Shown here one piece after another: positions 44,801 through 59,200 of a stretch of DNA of 64,000 nucleotides. The DNA is taken from assembly GCA_964035545.1 (NCBI GenBank), contig OZ037771.1:12585133-12649132 (forward strand), in the 5' to 3' direction. Both the position numbers and the translations under genes were made by a program. This DNA is from Bugula neritina (taxonomy: Eukaryota > Animalia > Bryozoa). The notes beneath the pieces were generated by a model, which saw only the letters and a list, made by a program, of their open reading frames with translations, did not search any database and was not told where the DNA came from. The first letter of the stretch is position 1. Each line of letters opens with the position of its first letter.

Positions 44801-47800
44801 GTATTTATATTTTCCATTGTCATGCAGTGGCCACTGCATTACGGTAAACACAATTATTATATTTGTTTATGTTAATTCTTGGCATAATAATCTTGCTGTG
44901 GACAATTGTCACAGTTAGAAACAACCAACTGCTGATAAATACTGTGTGTTAGTATTCTGTTATACTATATGTCTGTCTGTTTGTCTGTTGATGAGTCATG
45001 GCCTGCTACATTTGGTAGATGTCATTGTTTTCTGCACTGCATGTTCTTACTATTATATGGCTATATCCAAGCTATTCTTATATGGAAGGATACAATGTAG
45101 AAGTCAATGTCTTTTGTACTACCTGTACTACCTGTACACATGTTGTTATTTAGCTGTATCCAAGGATACGATGTGAAAGTATTTGCTCCGCAAAAAGCAG
45201 ATGGACCGAGTAGTTTCACTCTGAATACAGCCACTAAACACATTATACTGACAGCTGAGACTCATAACTTTCCTACAGGTACAGCCCTAACTTGTTGTTA
45301 CAGCCCTAACTTGTTGCTACAGCCCTAACTTGTTGCTACAGCCCTAACTTGTTACTACAGCCCTAACTTGTTACTACAGTCCTAACTTGTTGCTACAGCT
45401 CTAGCTTGCTGTTACAGCCCTAACTTGTTGCTACAGCCCTAACTTGTTGCTACAGCTCTAATCGGCTGTTACAGCCCTGAATGGTTTTAGAAGTTTAAGC
45501 TTATTCTTTCAGCCTCAATATCTTGCTAATTTTGTGGATACAATTGTTTATGTGGTACTACAGGGTAATAAACATGATGGCAAAGTTTTGTATGACATGT
45601 ATTGCTAAAACGTGCCAGTGTTGTCTGTTTTAGATATTCCAGTAAATGTATTTCCTTTTCTGGTGTTTTCATATTATATTTTCAACAGAAATGTGTATTT
45701 ATGACTTTATAATGTAATCAGATAAACTAGTTTAATGCAATTACTTTATTCTATGCGCTAGAGTCAGGGTGGGCAACAAGGGGCCACTTGTGGCCCTTTG
45801 CCCATTTTTCAGTGGCCCTTTTAATGCTTAAGATAAGTAAAAACTGTTATATGCATTCTGATTAGCACAGTCTAGGTTTGGTGACAAATTACTTTATTAT
45901 AATGAAATTTATTATGTGTACAATCATGTGGCTCTTTGTTTTGGCTGACTTCTGAACTTAGCCCTTATGGAAATGAAGTTGCCCACTCCTGCTCTAGAGT
46001 CTATCTCTACAATCTACAACTTAATGTTACCTCTCTGTTTGCTACTTCTATATTGTGATGTCATGCAGCTGTAGCCCCATTCCCTGGAGCAACCACCGGC
46101 ACTGGGGGTAGGATCAGAGACATACAGGCTACTGGTAGAGGGGCTCATGTGGTTGCAGGGACAGCAGGCTACTCCTTTGGCTGTCTCAATATCCCAGGTG
46201 TGTGCCTTCATTATACTCAGTCTATGTAATAAATTCTATCAGCCTCTTACAGTGTTGTAGCTACAGTTCATGTTATCATGTGGTATTCTTAAATAACTTG
46301 CTTTGTTAAAGTTTCACGTTATTAAATTTTACAAGTCATTTTTAGCTTATTGTTCAGCTAGTAGAATAAATTTAGCACTCCGAGTTTTTCCTAAAGACAG
46401 GTGGTTGTTTGAGTTCTTCCGGTCAGCGATCCTCTCAAGTTGCTGGATTTGGTTTGAAGAGACATGTTAGAGTTATACTCTTTTCATTAATATTTGCACC
46501 CTTCATACATAATATAATCACGAATATTCTCATCACTCATATATTATATAATAATCATAAATATTTGCACTACTAATATATATATTGAGATATATATATA
46601 TATATTATAATATAATGATACAGGCTTGCAATACTCCAGTAATATGCTTGTAGGTTACGACTTGCCATGGGAAGACGACTCCTCAGTGTACCCTAGTAAC
46701 TTTGCCACTCCACACAACGTCATCATAGAGGCAAGCAATGGGGCTTCAGATTACGGAAATAAATATGGTTAGTGAATTTTTTGTAAGTTAGCAGCCCATT
46801 TTATTTGCTGAGTGAAGATATGAAAGGTGTTGTACTCTTTACCTATATGTTATTCACTGCAATCCCATTGCTTCGAATAGATCCATACGAAGGGAGTTGT
46901 GGTTTTATTTGATGCAACTGTTCCTAAACATCAAATAACAAATTCATTTTCATAATGAATGCCGCATGCCCAAATTGACTAAAAAGTTAAGATGAAACAT
47001 AGAAAATTAAGCAAAATTAGAAAAAAGAACCTAGCTTATTCAGCTGCAATTTAATGCAAGAAACTATATAGGCTACATTGGCGACTAAACTGTGAAAAAT
47101 AGCTAAAACTAGAGATATGTAATGTACTAAAGTAAGTTAAATGACCCATTACGAGTTTGCATGTCTCATACTATAATACTTCACCATACCTCACACTGTA
47201 CAACCATTCTTGGTGACCACAGAAAGAACACTAAGTTGCAGCTGCTCATGAGAATAAACTCCTGGGGGGCGTCTTGTAGGTGAGCCTGTCATCTGTGGGT
47301 TTGGAAGGTCCTTTGGGCTACTCGTAGGCGGTGAAAGACGAGAGTGGATCAAACCTATCATGTTTAGCGGTGGCATCGGTGCAATTCTTGACACACACGT
47401 TCACAAGTATCCTCCTAGGTCAGGTTAGTATATTATGTTACACTTTATCTCATAGGTCAGGTTAGTATATTATGTTACACTCTATCTCCTTGGTCAGGTC
47501 AGTATATGTAAGGTATTATCTCATAGGTCAGGTCAGTATATGTAACGTACTATCTCCTAGGTCAGGTTAGGTTAGTAATAGTAAAGGTCCTGACCTGATG
47601 GTTTTGTAACTGTGACAATTGTCCACAGCAAGATTATTATGCCAAGAATAAACATAAACAAATATAATAATTTTGTTTACGGTAATGCAGTGGCCACTCC
47701 ATGACAATGGAAAATATAAATACAACTATTTTGAGAAAATGTTTAATAAAGGTCAGGACCTTTACTATTACCAGGTTACATGTAGAAAAACTGTACTAAT

Positions 47801-50800
47801 TTTGTTCTTACAGTTTGGGATAAGTCGAGTTTACTGCTGCTGCTGCCGCCGTAGTTTTTGTGGACAAATGGTTTCAGCAGCATATAGTAATCAGCTAAGT
47901 TATGGGCAGCACTTAGTTGTGATATTCAGCCTAAGAGTCCATGATTTGTAGCGGAAATAAAATTTATGGAACCTATACGAGATAGTTTATCTTGTGTCAC
48001 CGTTCAATTTCGTGGGTATGACAAGTTGTCAACCTGATCTTTCAGAGTGCTCATCGCAGCTACTAAAAGCTGATGAATCAGTATTGAAAGTTATATTTTT
48101 ACAGTAATGTATAACAAAATACTATGTTTGTAGAAATAGTAGAAGAAAGTGTTGTGTACTCATATATTACGTAAATGATAGTTATAGTGCGGCCTGGCAT
48201 ATATATATGTGGTGTAGATACAGATATAAGCTGTGTTCTTGTTAGGATTGAGTCTACCCAAAACCCAACGATTTCAAACAAAGTCATACAATTAGCAAAA
48301 GAGTATATGAATTCGTTTTATCACACTGCTAGATTTCACCTTGTGGTAGTAAAATTTAATATGATAGCTAGTGATATGCATTGAGGTTATGGTCTGATAT
48401 ATACATGGAATAAAGTTTAGGTAAATCTATACTCTATGGCAACATCTAGCTACTCTCACTAACTAATGTTGTGATAGTGGGGTGTTGGCGTCATCTCTAT
48501 GCCATCAAATCTCATCGAATTACAATCACAGTTCATTTTGTTCAAAATGATTGAAATTTGATTAATTTTAATCTGGCAGAAGGCTAATCTATGGCTCTTC
48601 TGCTGATAGTTGTAGCTTGATAACAGTTTCACTACTTTCAGCTGCCAACTAGTCTGCATGTGAAATCTGTCTTCTCTGGTTCTTTTAGTTAAATTCAAAT
48701 TAGATCTATTCATTGGATCATTTGATGTTCCAAATACTTCATCATGCTGTTCTCTTATGTAATGTATTTTTCCGATATGATTAGGTCTTAGGCGTTATGC
48801 GACGTAGTGTCATTCGGAGTCGTTGCATCCTCTTTCTCGCCCTCGTGTTCCTACAATCACATATCAGAAGGAAATTACTTTCAAAAATATTTCAGTTCTT
48901 TTACCTTACCCTATTTTTGATGCTTTATCATATTTATTAGTTATGAAGTAAAATTGTCCAATTTTTCTTGGTTTCGTAAAAATTTCATCGCTCACATGTA
49001 ATGGTGATGAAAATAAACCTGCACCAATCAAGTATGTAGGTTTCCTTGCAGGGCAGACTAGTGGAATATTTACTCGTATAGATAACTATGTTAGCAAATA
49101 TCTTCTTCACTAATTTGATACAAGTGTTCATTTTGGGTGTTTCACCTTTTAGCGCACATAATTGGGAGTCTTGTACGCTAGACATTAGAGTATTCCTATC
49201 AGTATGAATGACAGCCACCATTAGAACTAACTAAATATAATTTCATAAGTTGCTCTTGGTGCCAGCTATATTAATATTATTTCACTAATAGTGTTTGTAC
49301 TTGACTAGATAAATTGATAGGGATAATTCAATGCATTCCTTCAGGCCATCTATACTGTAAGTAAGCTACCAAGTTATCGATATTTCACAGCACACATCAC
49401 TATCCAATGTGTTAACAAAACCAAGCAGTACCAACATCTCTACCACTAACACTGAAATAAAAATAAATGACACATTTCTGAACAAATATAAAAAAATGAA
49501 ATAATAAAACACTTTGCAAAAATAGATCTAGTAAACTAACAAGGAGACAATGTTGTGTGGCACAATAGCCGGCAAGATATGCAATATATCAAAAGTGCCA
49601 AATGCTAATGTTGTGCCATTTAATACGAAATCCAATATTATCAAGTAGTGAAATTGCGTTTGGTTAGTTGTAACAACAATGGCGGCAGTCGGAGTTGTCT
49701 ATGAGTGTGTGTGTCTCAAGCTAGGCACTACTCGCTTGCGTTGATAAGTATACTACATAAAATTAGGTTTGAAATAGCAATGTATTCATAACTCGACTGA
49801 CGGGTCATCTACTCATACTGAAAACTGCCGCTTTCAATCTTGAAGAGTGAATATTATTTATACGTTACGTTTTGTTGTCGCATGATACTAAGTTTTACAA
49901 TGACTCAGCGCTGAGTATGAATACATTTGCTACAAAAAGTAGTCCGTCTATACCTGAGTGAAGAGAGCATGTAGTAATGTCTAAAATATATACTAGTATA
50001 GATATTACCATGAAATTTTTGAAAGCTTTGAAACTTTGTGAAGGAGTGTTTTGAGCGAAATCTGATCCAAAATAAGTTGAAAAATGTTGAAAATAAAAAT
50101 ATTACAAATAAATGATATTTATGATATTTTAATTTTCAAGTGTAGTGTTTATCTATAATTTACTAATTGAAATTTATATTTATGCAGTTCTAGATTGCCA
50201 AGTTTAAAATTGAAGCCTAAGCTAATAAATGGGTTCCACAGCGACTTAACAAAATTTGAATACATCTTCATACATCTAGACAGAAATGCGCTTTATCTTT
50301 TAACTCAAAACGAAAAGGTGTGCTTCTTTACCTCATCTTCTCCTTTGTCAGATGGGGGCTTGGCATGCATCTGTGAAATATCGAAAACTTTCACCCGGCC
50401 ACCATTTTGCAAAATGACCATGTGACCAGCACTGTCACAAGCGACAGACCGTATTCTATGAATGCTGTGCTTGTCGCCATAGACAAACTGTATAAACGTT
50501 CCTTCTTCGCCATTGACGTAGTGTATCTGTAAAATAAATGCTTCCTGGGTCAAAATGTTTACCAACTCATTAATTTACTTTTAAACTGAGAAATGTTGAA
50601 AAAAAACTTAATGGCATAATCTGTATTGCAGCTAATAATGCAATTGGGTGGGTTTTTCTATTTTTCTCTTGTTATACAAATGTTTTAATTTATTTACTCA
50701 GCTAATAAATGTAATTACATTTTAATTATTCTCATTTCCTTTGTTGTTATTTTATAATTTTCAACAGTTATTTATTTATTTCAACATGGAATAGTAACAT

Positions 50801-53800
50801 TTTCAGCCTCCTTCAGGCCTAGCCAAGCAAATATTCGAATGGCAAGGTTGTCCTCCTTGCAGTAATTTAATTGACATTGAATGAAGGTTGCAGGTATGAC
50901 TCAATTGGTAAACCTACCTTTCCATTGTAATTGTCAGCAACCAGGATATTGCCCAAAGCATCAGTTGCCACACCACGAGGGTAGCTCAGCCTTTTATCTG
51001 CTGGCTTTGTACCATACGTGAACTTGAGGTCGTGAGTTTGAGCATCAAACACTGCGATTTTCTTACTGAAGTAATCGGACACAACAATGTCGTCTTCTCT
51101 TGTCACTCCAACGTAAGAGGGATTCTTAAACATCAGGGGTTTTAGGCCAGCCTAAAATTCGCTAGTTGTTTTCAATTTACATTTTATTTCAAAGGTGTAA
51201 CTAAATTAAGCATGTGATATTCAAACTACATTAGAAGAAACCAGTTGGTGTTACTATCACTGCTTTCCATTGCTTCACATTATGTGAATGAATGCTGGAA
51301 TGGATGCTAGTGGGTGGATTTATGGTTGCAGTTTGCATAAACTTATAGTTGTGGTTTGGTTCAAGGCAGCTGTTTCTAAACATGGGGAAAAAAATTCATT
51401 CGCATAATGCAAGTTGGGGAAACTTGGTGAATATAAAAAGTTCTTTGGATGATTTCGTGTACCACACCTTATCTTGCATAGCAGACAATTCCTGGGATTA
51501 TTTATACATACCTCACCCCATATAATATCACAGAAAGCTCCACCTCTGGGATATACATATACACATTGATGCACGGAGTCGGATACTATGATCTCTCCTT
51601 TACTGTTGATTGCCACCCCTCTGGGGGACTTCAGGGGATACTCATTTAGGTTACCCAACACTTTTTCTTCTAATTCTCCGGTCAGTTTGAATATTTTCAA
51701 GTCCTGTAAAGTACATTATTTAAACAGTATGTTAGCTAGTATCTACAGTTTATATACCTGACGCAGACTGCTGCCCACAGGTGATAAAACTTTGGACATG
51801 CTCTTCACCGGAACGGGTGAATTCTGACAAATATTTATTTACGGACTGTGAACGAGGTGGTGTATGTCAACAGACCTTTGCCTTGCAGTCGGATACAACA
51901 AACTTGGAGTCTCCCATGGAGGCAATTCCATACGGGTCTTTCAGATCCTGGTGCTGTATGGAGCAAATGTGCTCACCGTTTATGTTGAATACCTTCAAGG
52001 ATACAACATACAACTTATAGTATATCTCGTTTTGTAAACTACTATGTCCGTCATTTAAAAAAAATTTTAATGACAATCGCAAAAAATTTACCAAAACTCT
52101 TTATTTACCAACATCAGTTTGTCTTCCAACTTACAACATTTTTCAATACATTATACTAACATTATTACGTTCTCGTGACATCTTGAAAATGTCATTATTG
52201 CATTGAATCATGAAATAACACAAGTACTGAAAAATATATTCAAATAAAGTTGGGTTTCAAAACTCAGACCTCACACATGTCAATCTGTACTGAAAGAACT
52301 TTAAAGATAGTGACATTTGAATCAAAATTTATTGATGGAACAATAAAACTTGTTGCTAGTAGCGATTCTTCAACACACTACACTGTAGATGTGATGCTCT
52401 ACTCCAACTGTGTGGTGTACTTGTATTTGCAATAGCTTCACCAAAACTGCGTTACAAACACTCTGTTACTGTTACTAACACTGGGTTGCTCTTACCAACA
52501 CTGGGTTGCTCTTACCAACACTGGGTTGCTCTTACTAACACGGGGCTGCTGTTACCAACACTGTGTTACTGTTACCAACGCTGTGTTACTAACACTTTGA
52601 ACTTCGACCATAAGAAGCAAATTTCCGCAGGGACCGCCATCAAAAAGTTGGCTCAGATAGCAAAATATGATTATTTTGGATTTCGTACATGAGAGTAGTT
52701 CTTTTGGTAGTGATTTTGGCTCAACACTATTCAATGACTCCACTTTTTTGCTTTGCAATTTTACATTTTACTCCAAGCAGTTGTGTCTTATTGAGAATAG
52801 TTAAGGAGATTTTAAAATGAAATAATTTATATCGTGACAGTAAAGCCGTATGTAAATACAATTGGTCACTTGAATTTTTCTCCCGCTGTGTTATGTGTGG
52901 TAGGTAACTCCCGCAGCTGAATTTCACTACATACAGTTTCGCATATGAAACTCTACTCCATGTGGTAGCAATTTTGCTCTGTCAATATCCATCGCATCAG
53001 TACTTAATGCACTTAGTTAAGGGATGTCAATGGTGACTACAACATTTTTTTTTCACTAATGTCCTCCCCCTCTTTATCCTGCAACTTCTTGATTTTCTTA
53101 TACTGTTTTACTTAACTTTGCTAATTAATATTGATGGATGTTTTACTATCTATTAATGATAGGTCATCTTTTGTTTGGCTCATTACTAATCTCTATTTGG
53201 GTCAAGTAAGACGTAACTCGTGTGCCTCCATATTAAAAAGAAGTTTGGGGAATACTTCAGCACATAGCCTCCCAGGGTTTCCATTCTATACATTAGCTCA
53301 AGTTACCTTTATATTTCTGTTTTTTGAGTCTGTGATGAGAAGCTCTCCATTTTCTGTAATGGCCACATCCCTCAACAGGCATTTCTTCTTATCTCCTGCT
53401 ACCTTTGCATAGAATTTACAAATGATCTCTACGCCTTCTGCCTACAAGAAATAGAAACAAGAATTTAACCTACCAGGTTCAAAGAAATTACCCTATAATG
53501 TTACTGACTATGTAAATGAACATGTATACAACACTTTGGTGTGAATAGGTCCTATCATTTGGCATATGGCCCACGGAACGTTCTGGTTTTCAGAAGAAGG
53601 TTTTGTTTTGTACCAGTTTTTGTGCTGCACAGAATGTAATTCTGAAACTGCCAATTGCACTGTTTCCCTGCCTATCTATGTTTTAACAGATCTTCATTGA
53701 GGAAAAAGAATAAGTTCTAGAAAATCAAACCAATATGTGCTGCTCACAATATTGTTGGAAAATATTTAAAGTTCAGGAAATATGGCTGACTGACTTCACC

Positions 53801-56179
53801 TTAATTTCGGCGGTAGAAGACACGTTGCTCTTCACACTGTTGTTACTGTTGGCTCCGACACTCTTGTCGGTTTGACCTGCGACGCTGAGAGACGTCATAT
53901 ATGATTGGTTAGCTACACTACTCTCGTTAGTCATCATCGAGTCATTCATAATGTTCAGCTCGGCCGTGGCTCCTGAAGATGACGCCTCGCTCTTCTGTTT
54001 CACAAACTTGCCTTTTTTTGATTCAGTGTCTAGGATGACTCGTGTGTGACCATTTAATGGCGGTACACCAGGTGTGTCCAATGATTCCAGCGTCATAGCT
54101 TCATCGCTTGTGTCAAGTTGCTCTTTATTTGATGGTGGAGTTGGCAGAGTTGTCTGCGATGTCGACTCTGTACAGCTGCTGAGCTCTTGGCTAGCCGAGT
54201 TTGCTGATTCTACAGAAGATGAGATCATCTTGCTACCCTTTGGCACTTTGCTCGCACCGTTTATTTTCTTTTGAGTTCCGTTATTGTTATTCTGTAAGGT
54301 CTTCTTGCTGGATTTGTTGTTGGAAGTCTGAGTCATGATTTTGTCATCTGACATAATGTTCTGAAACAAAGCAACATAATTGAATAATGGTTATATTAAT
54401 AAAACCTATTGGTGAAATAATTTAATTTTTATTGGGAGCTTTTTTGGTTAAGTTGATAGCTCCCATCTGTTTGTTAGGAGAGAGTGGTTTGTGCTTTCTG
54501 TCGTCTGCCAGATAAGAATATTCCTACTTCCATGACCCTAGGCAGTAAATAATCAATTCGCAAAGTGCTTATAAATAAAAAACTTGACGAACGTTGCATA
54601 AGCAATAACAGAGCCTTATTGGCTGGGCTCCGCAGTGGGTGGCTCGGTTTGTAGTGGGCGGCATACGATGTATCAGGCAGTGAAAATTATTGAGTTGTGC
54701 ACAGTTTTTACAATTCTAAAATCTTTTCAACCAAGTACACACCTCATCTTCGTTATAATTAATTTGACTGAGAATTTTTTATTGAATTAAAATAATAATG
54801 TAATAATAATAATGTAATAATAATAAAATGAATAATGTGCAATCAAATGGATACAAACACTTGGGTGCAGTAGTGGAAAAATTGAGATAGCCTAAGTTCT
54901 CCAAATCTTATATTAAATTTTGGTTTGGGGCGTTGGTTGAAATTCTTGTGAGAACATAACTTCTCTTGCTACATTTCTCAATATCTCCATCACTGAACCT
55001 ACTTAGATACAGATTATGCTAAAACATGTTTGATTAGACTCTATCAAAAACCTTGGGCGAATCGGTCAGGTGGCCCCAAATGATTGAAACCCGTCATCTT
55101 GGAACCATTCTATACAGTATAAACCAACAAAAATCGCTGTCCATTTAAATGTGCCATTAAAAACATTTAGAGGTCAAGCTATACGCAAAACGTGGGACTT
55201 AAACTGCTACAGTCTTTCAACAACCTTTTTATTGTATGTGTGTAGTTGATACCTAACTGTGTAGGTCGAGCTGTAGGTAATACTGGTAACCTGCTATAAG
55301 GTACATGCAAGTTTAGAAGGTACCTAATATTGATAACTGTTTTGGGTTTTCAAATCTGCTGTTCAAAATTCATTCCTGACTATTATAGGCATGAATGTAA
55401 CCTCTGAATGGTAACTGTTGCACATATTTGCCTTACACAGCCCATGGAAATATTACAATGCACTTCTCACCTTATTCACAAGCTGAAAGTTATAAGAACA
55501 GACCTTAGAAAGTCATAAATCTGAATAATTTCTGTAGTGTGTAGCTAGCCAAAAGAATTTTTAACAATAGTCAATATGAATACGAACCTTTTGAAGTTTT
55601 TCACATATTCTAGGCTTTAGTTGTTGTAAGATAAAAGTTAGTGATTGCAGTTTTTTAACACCACAAATCTAAACCAAAATGGTAAAACCAAGATAATCGG
55701 TATCTAGATCTTTACATCTGAGTGAAAGTCCACAGCCTCTCATTATGTCTAGTACTGGCAGCTGAAAGGCGTAGTAACAAGTGCTCCTGATTTACCTTTG
55801 CTCTGACCTCCAGCTATTATCACTAAGGCAGCAGCTGCCTTTTAAAACAACCAACCACTGCTAGTAACACCCCAATGCTATGCAATGGGAGACAGCGCTG
55901 GTATAGTGTAATACAATAATGTGGAGTTTATATAGCCATTGGCATTTCTTTAATTCCATCTACTCTCTTCGTATTGATTTAAGCTAATGCAAAAAACAGT
56001 AGACTTACACTACATATAACCATATAGCAGTAAGTATTCTATACTTATACTATACATACATAGTAGTAAGTATTGTATACTTCGTAAGCTGGTGTACTTA
56101 CACTCTACATACATAGTAGTAAGTATTGTATACTTTGTAAGCTGGTGTACTTACATTATACATATATAGTAGTAAGTAT

Positions 56180-56234
<55 letters not shown>

Positions 56235-59200
56235 TGTACTTCAACAGTTTCCCCATAAACTCTGTACATATTAAACACAAATAAGGTATGTGATAGGCAT
56301 GACTGTGGGTAGGTTTCTATGTCATGTAGTAAGTGTGTGGCATATGATAGAGTGAAAGGACAGTGTATTTTATGTACTACGTCCTAGAACTGAGGCTAGT
56401 TGGAAAACTGCAATGGCCTCTAGTCATCACGCTAGTAGTCTTTTAACTATCTCGGTCATATTTACCCAAGACATATTTTGGCAAGTTTGCCATTTTGCTT
56501 ATCGCCTTTGACCGTCTTCATAGCTATTAGTATCAGCTCGCTGGCTCTATGCCTGTCCAGCTAGTAGACAGTTAGTGTCTACCCTATACTGGGAATAACT
56601 CATGAAGTTGGTACTAGGTATGCTATAGAGTTAGGAGTTGTGTCCACTCTATGGCTTTTTAGACCTGGGTTACTGCTTAATGCTTAGTTGATGTTCAGCT
56701 AGTTTATAGACAGTTTGTAGTGTCTCCAAGGAGTGTTATTGCAGGACATTAGTTGAAACATTACGTAACAAATATTATACAGCATACCAAAGGCAGCCAA
56801 CAGGGTCAATGCCTATTCTAGAAGGTCTACAACCAGCAGTCTTACTATAAGGCATTAAGAATAATCAGGGTTGGGATCAAGCAATCCCATGAATCAAATA
56901 GCCATTACGTGAGAGTTGGTGTAATGTCATTTCCTCTGCCCTTCTTGATTGTCCACATAAACAAAGTGCTGTTTGTTTTTGGTCAGCTAACACAGATAAC
57001 ATAACTCTAGTTATTTACCTCTCAAATATTAATATTATATTTCCTGTCATGTTCATTTAGGATGATCTTGAAAGCAGTTGGGCAGCTCAGTGTATGTAAG
57101 CAGGTCATTGACTGCATTATAAGCTATTATCATGTGTATTTGTGTGTAACAGACATGGGTTCTCCAAGCTGACCGAATTCGTCCACCCACTCATACTCCT
57201 TCCCCATCTAGAGCTAGCTGTTGCTGTTATTTTAGAGTTTCTACTACGTCAAGTGTTGCCAAGAACCTGGTGCTAATCTTTTATAGTCTAGCTGAGCTAA
57301 AGAGTAGTAATGAAAATTCTGAACTGTAGTTATCTTCTCCCAAAAGGGGTTTAAGCGTAGGCCTAAAGCTGTGTAAGGAAAACTTATGGGTTACCTAACT
57401 TCAATCTACCATGTGCATAGAATGACCCACCAAACTGACATCCTATATTGAGTAACTAGCATAGACTTATCCTACCTTCCACTTGCAGGCCTGAGATCTT
57501 GCTATTACGGATACCATGTTGTACTAGTCCACAGGCTATAACACACTAGTCCACAGGCTACGACAACAGCTCTTATTCCTGCTGCTTTATCATTAATTAT
57601 GGCTGCTTGGCTTATCGTGTCACTTATTGCACATGCAGTGAAAGCTGGTGTGAGATATGCTTTCCCCTGAGAGGTGCTACTAATGTATATTAATGTGTAC
57701 ATTCCAGGCCTACTCCATTCCCTCTAGTGACACCCTCTATAGGGCATAACTACTTACATAATCACTAAAACTTCCTACATCTTAACAGCACCTTCTACAA
57801 CTACATCCTTTTGTCTTACATTTTATTCTGCTGTTAACAGATTGGTCAGGGCTGCCTAGTGTTGTGAAATAATAATTGAAATATGTTTTCTACGTAAACA
57901 CCAGAATAAATGAAAATTCTGAAAAACCCAAAATAATCACACCTAACAAGCAATAGAAATCATGTGTTAGATACACGTATAAGACGACTCCCGTTGAACA
58001 CAGGAATGCCTACAGGGACCGGAGTGAAACCTATTAAGTAGTAAAAGTTACTGAATAGCCAGCTATCAACTAACCTATCTGAGAGTGCTGCCTGAGTGCA
58101 TGGTAATGGTTAATTAAGAATTACTGTAATAACATGCGAAGAGATGCAGGAAAATTAAATTAGACTTTGTGATGAAGCTGAGATGTGTAGCTTAATGATT
58201 AGCTTTGGTAGTACAACTATGTGGGCTGTTATACTGCCAATACCTTCTGACAATAATATACTTACTATTCTAGATTGAGTAAAACAAATTGCAAAACAAT
58301 TGAATGTTGTAGGCTGTGCAGATTTTCTTTGTTAACCAAAAATTTTGGCTTTCACAAAATTCAACAAGCCAACCCCATTGTCATCAAACCTAACATTTGA
58401 ACTTCAAACTACAGCCCAACCAAATAAGTCACAAATAAAAAAGTCATCAATTTTCTGTGACTGCAGAGTTTTTAGTAACTTATTCTATTAGATACATGTG
58501 GAGAAACCGCCCTTTCTACCTTCCAGGAATGTCTCACCTTTTCAGATCATTGAAATAGTTTGTTAGTGAGGGCTAAAATTAGCAGGAGCTGAGGGTTACA
58601 GTATCATTATTTTTCAAATTACTTTATACCAAATTTCTATAAATCATTACACAATGAAGTCCCAATTATTTTTCCTGGCTGCATGCTTTGTGTAGCGAGT
58701 ATATAAAAAAGCCTTTTAATAGGCGGCTTTTTCTACTCCAATTCAATTTATTTTATTTGTTATGTCTCTGAGGGCCACATAAATATATTATATTTTCTTT
58801 AATGTGATATTCTCTTTGATTATGAATCATGAAATATGAAGAAAAAGCAACAATTATATCTTCCGTTGGACGTCATGCTTAGTTTTCAGAAGTATGTGCA
58901 GTATGTGTTTTGAATTAAAAATACAGCTAAAGAAGTTATGCTCTCATGATAATTTAAACCCCAGATCGAAATTTTTCAAGAAAGTCATAGAACTCAAGCT
59001 ATTAAAGTCTCTCCACTACTGTACCTAAATGAGTGTGATCATGTTTAAACATTGAGTTTTTCTTACCACTCTGAACATAATATATATTATGCCAACACTT
59101 ACCTTTGTTAGGACTCAGTTTTGACCTTGGATGCAGTGAAGGCTATCTAGAACCCTATAGAACTCTCTAGAACTTTCTAGAGTTTTCAGTTCACCCTCTC

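Noticed and set aside
48459-48713. 84-aa minus-strand ORF
   Set aside because: It has no recognisable domain and falls in the probable 3' UTR of the NHL gene.
56280-57060. Possible decayed LINE fragment (YKALRII-like peptide)
   Set aside because: A single short resemblance is too weak to call without a profile search.
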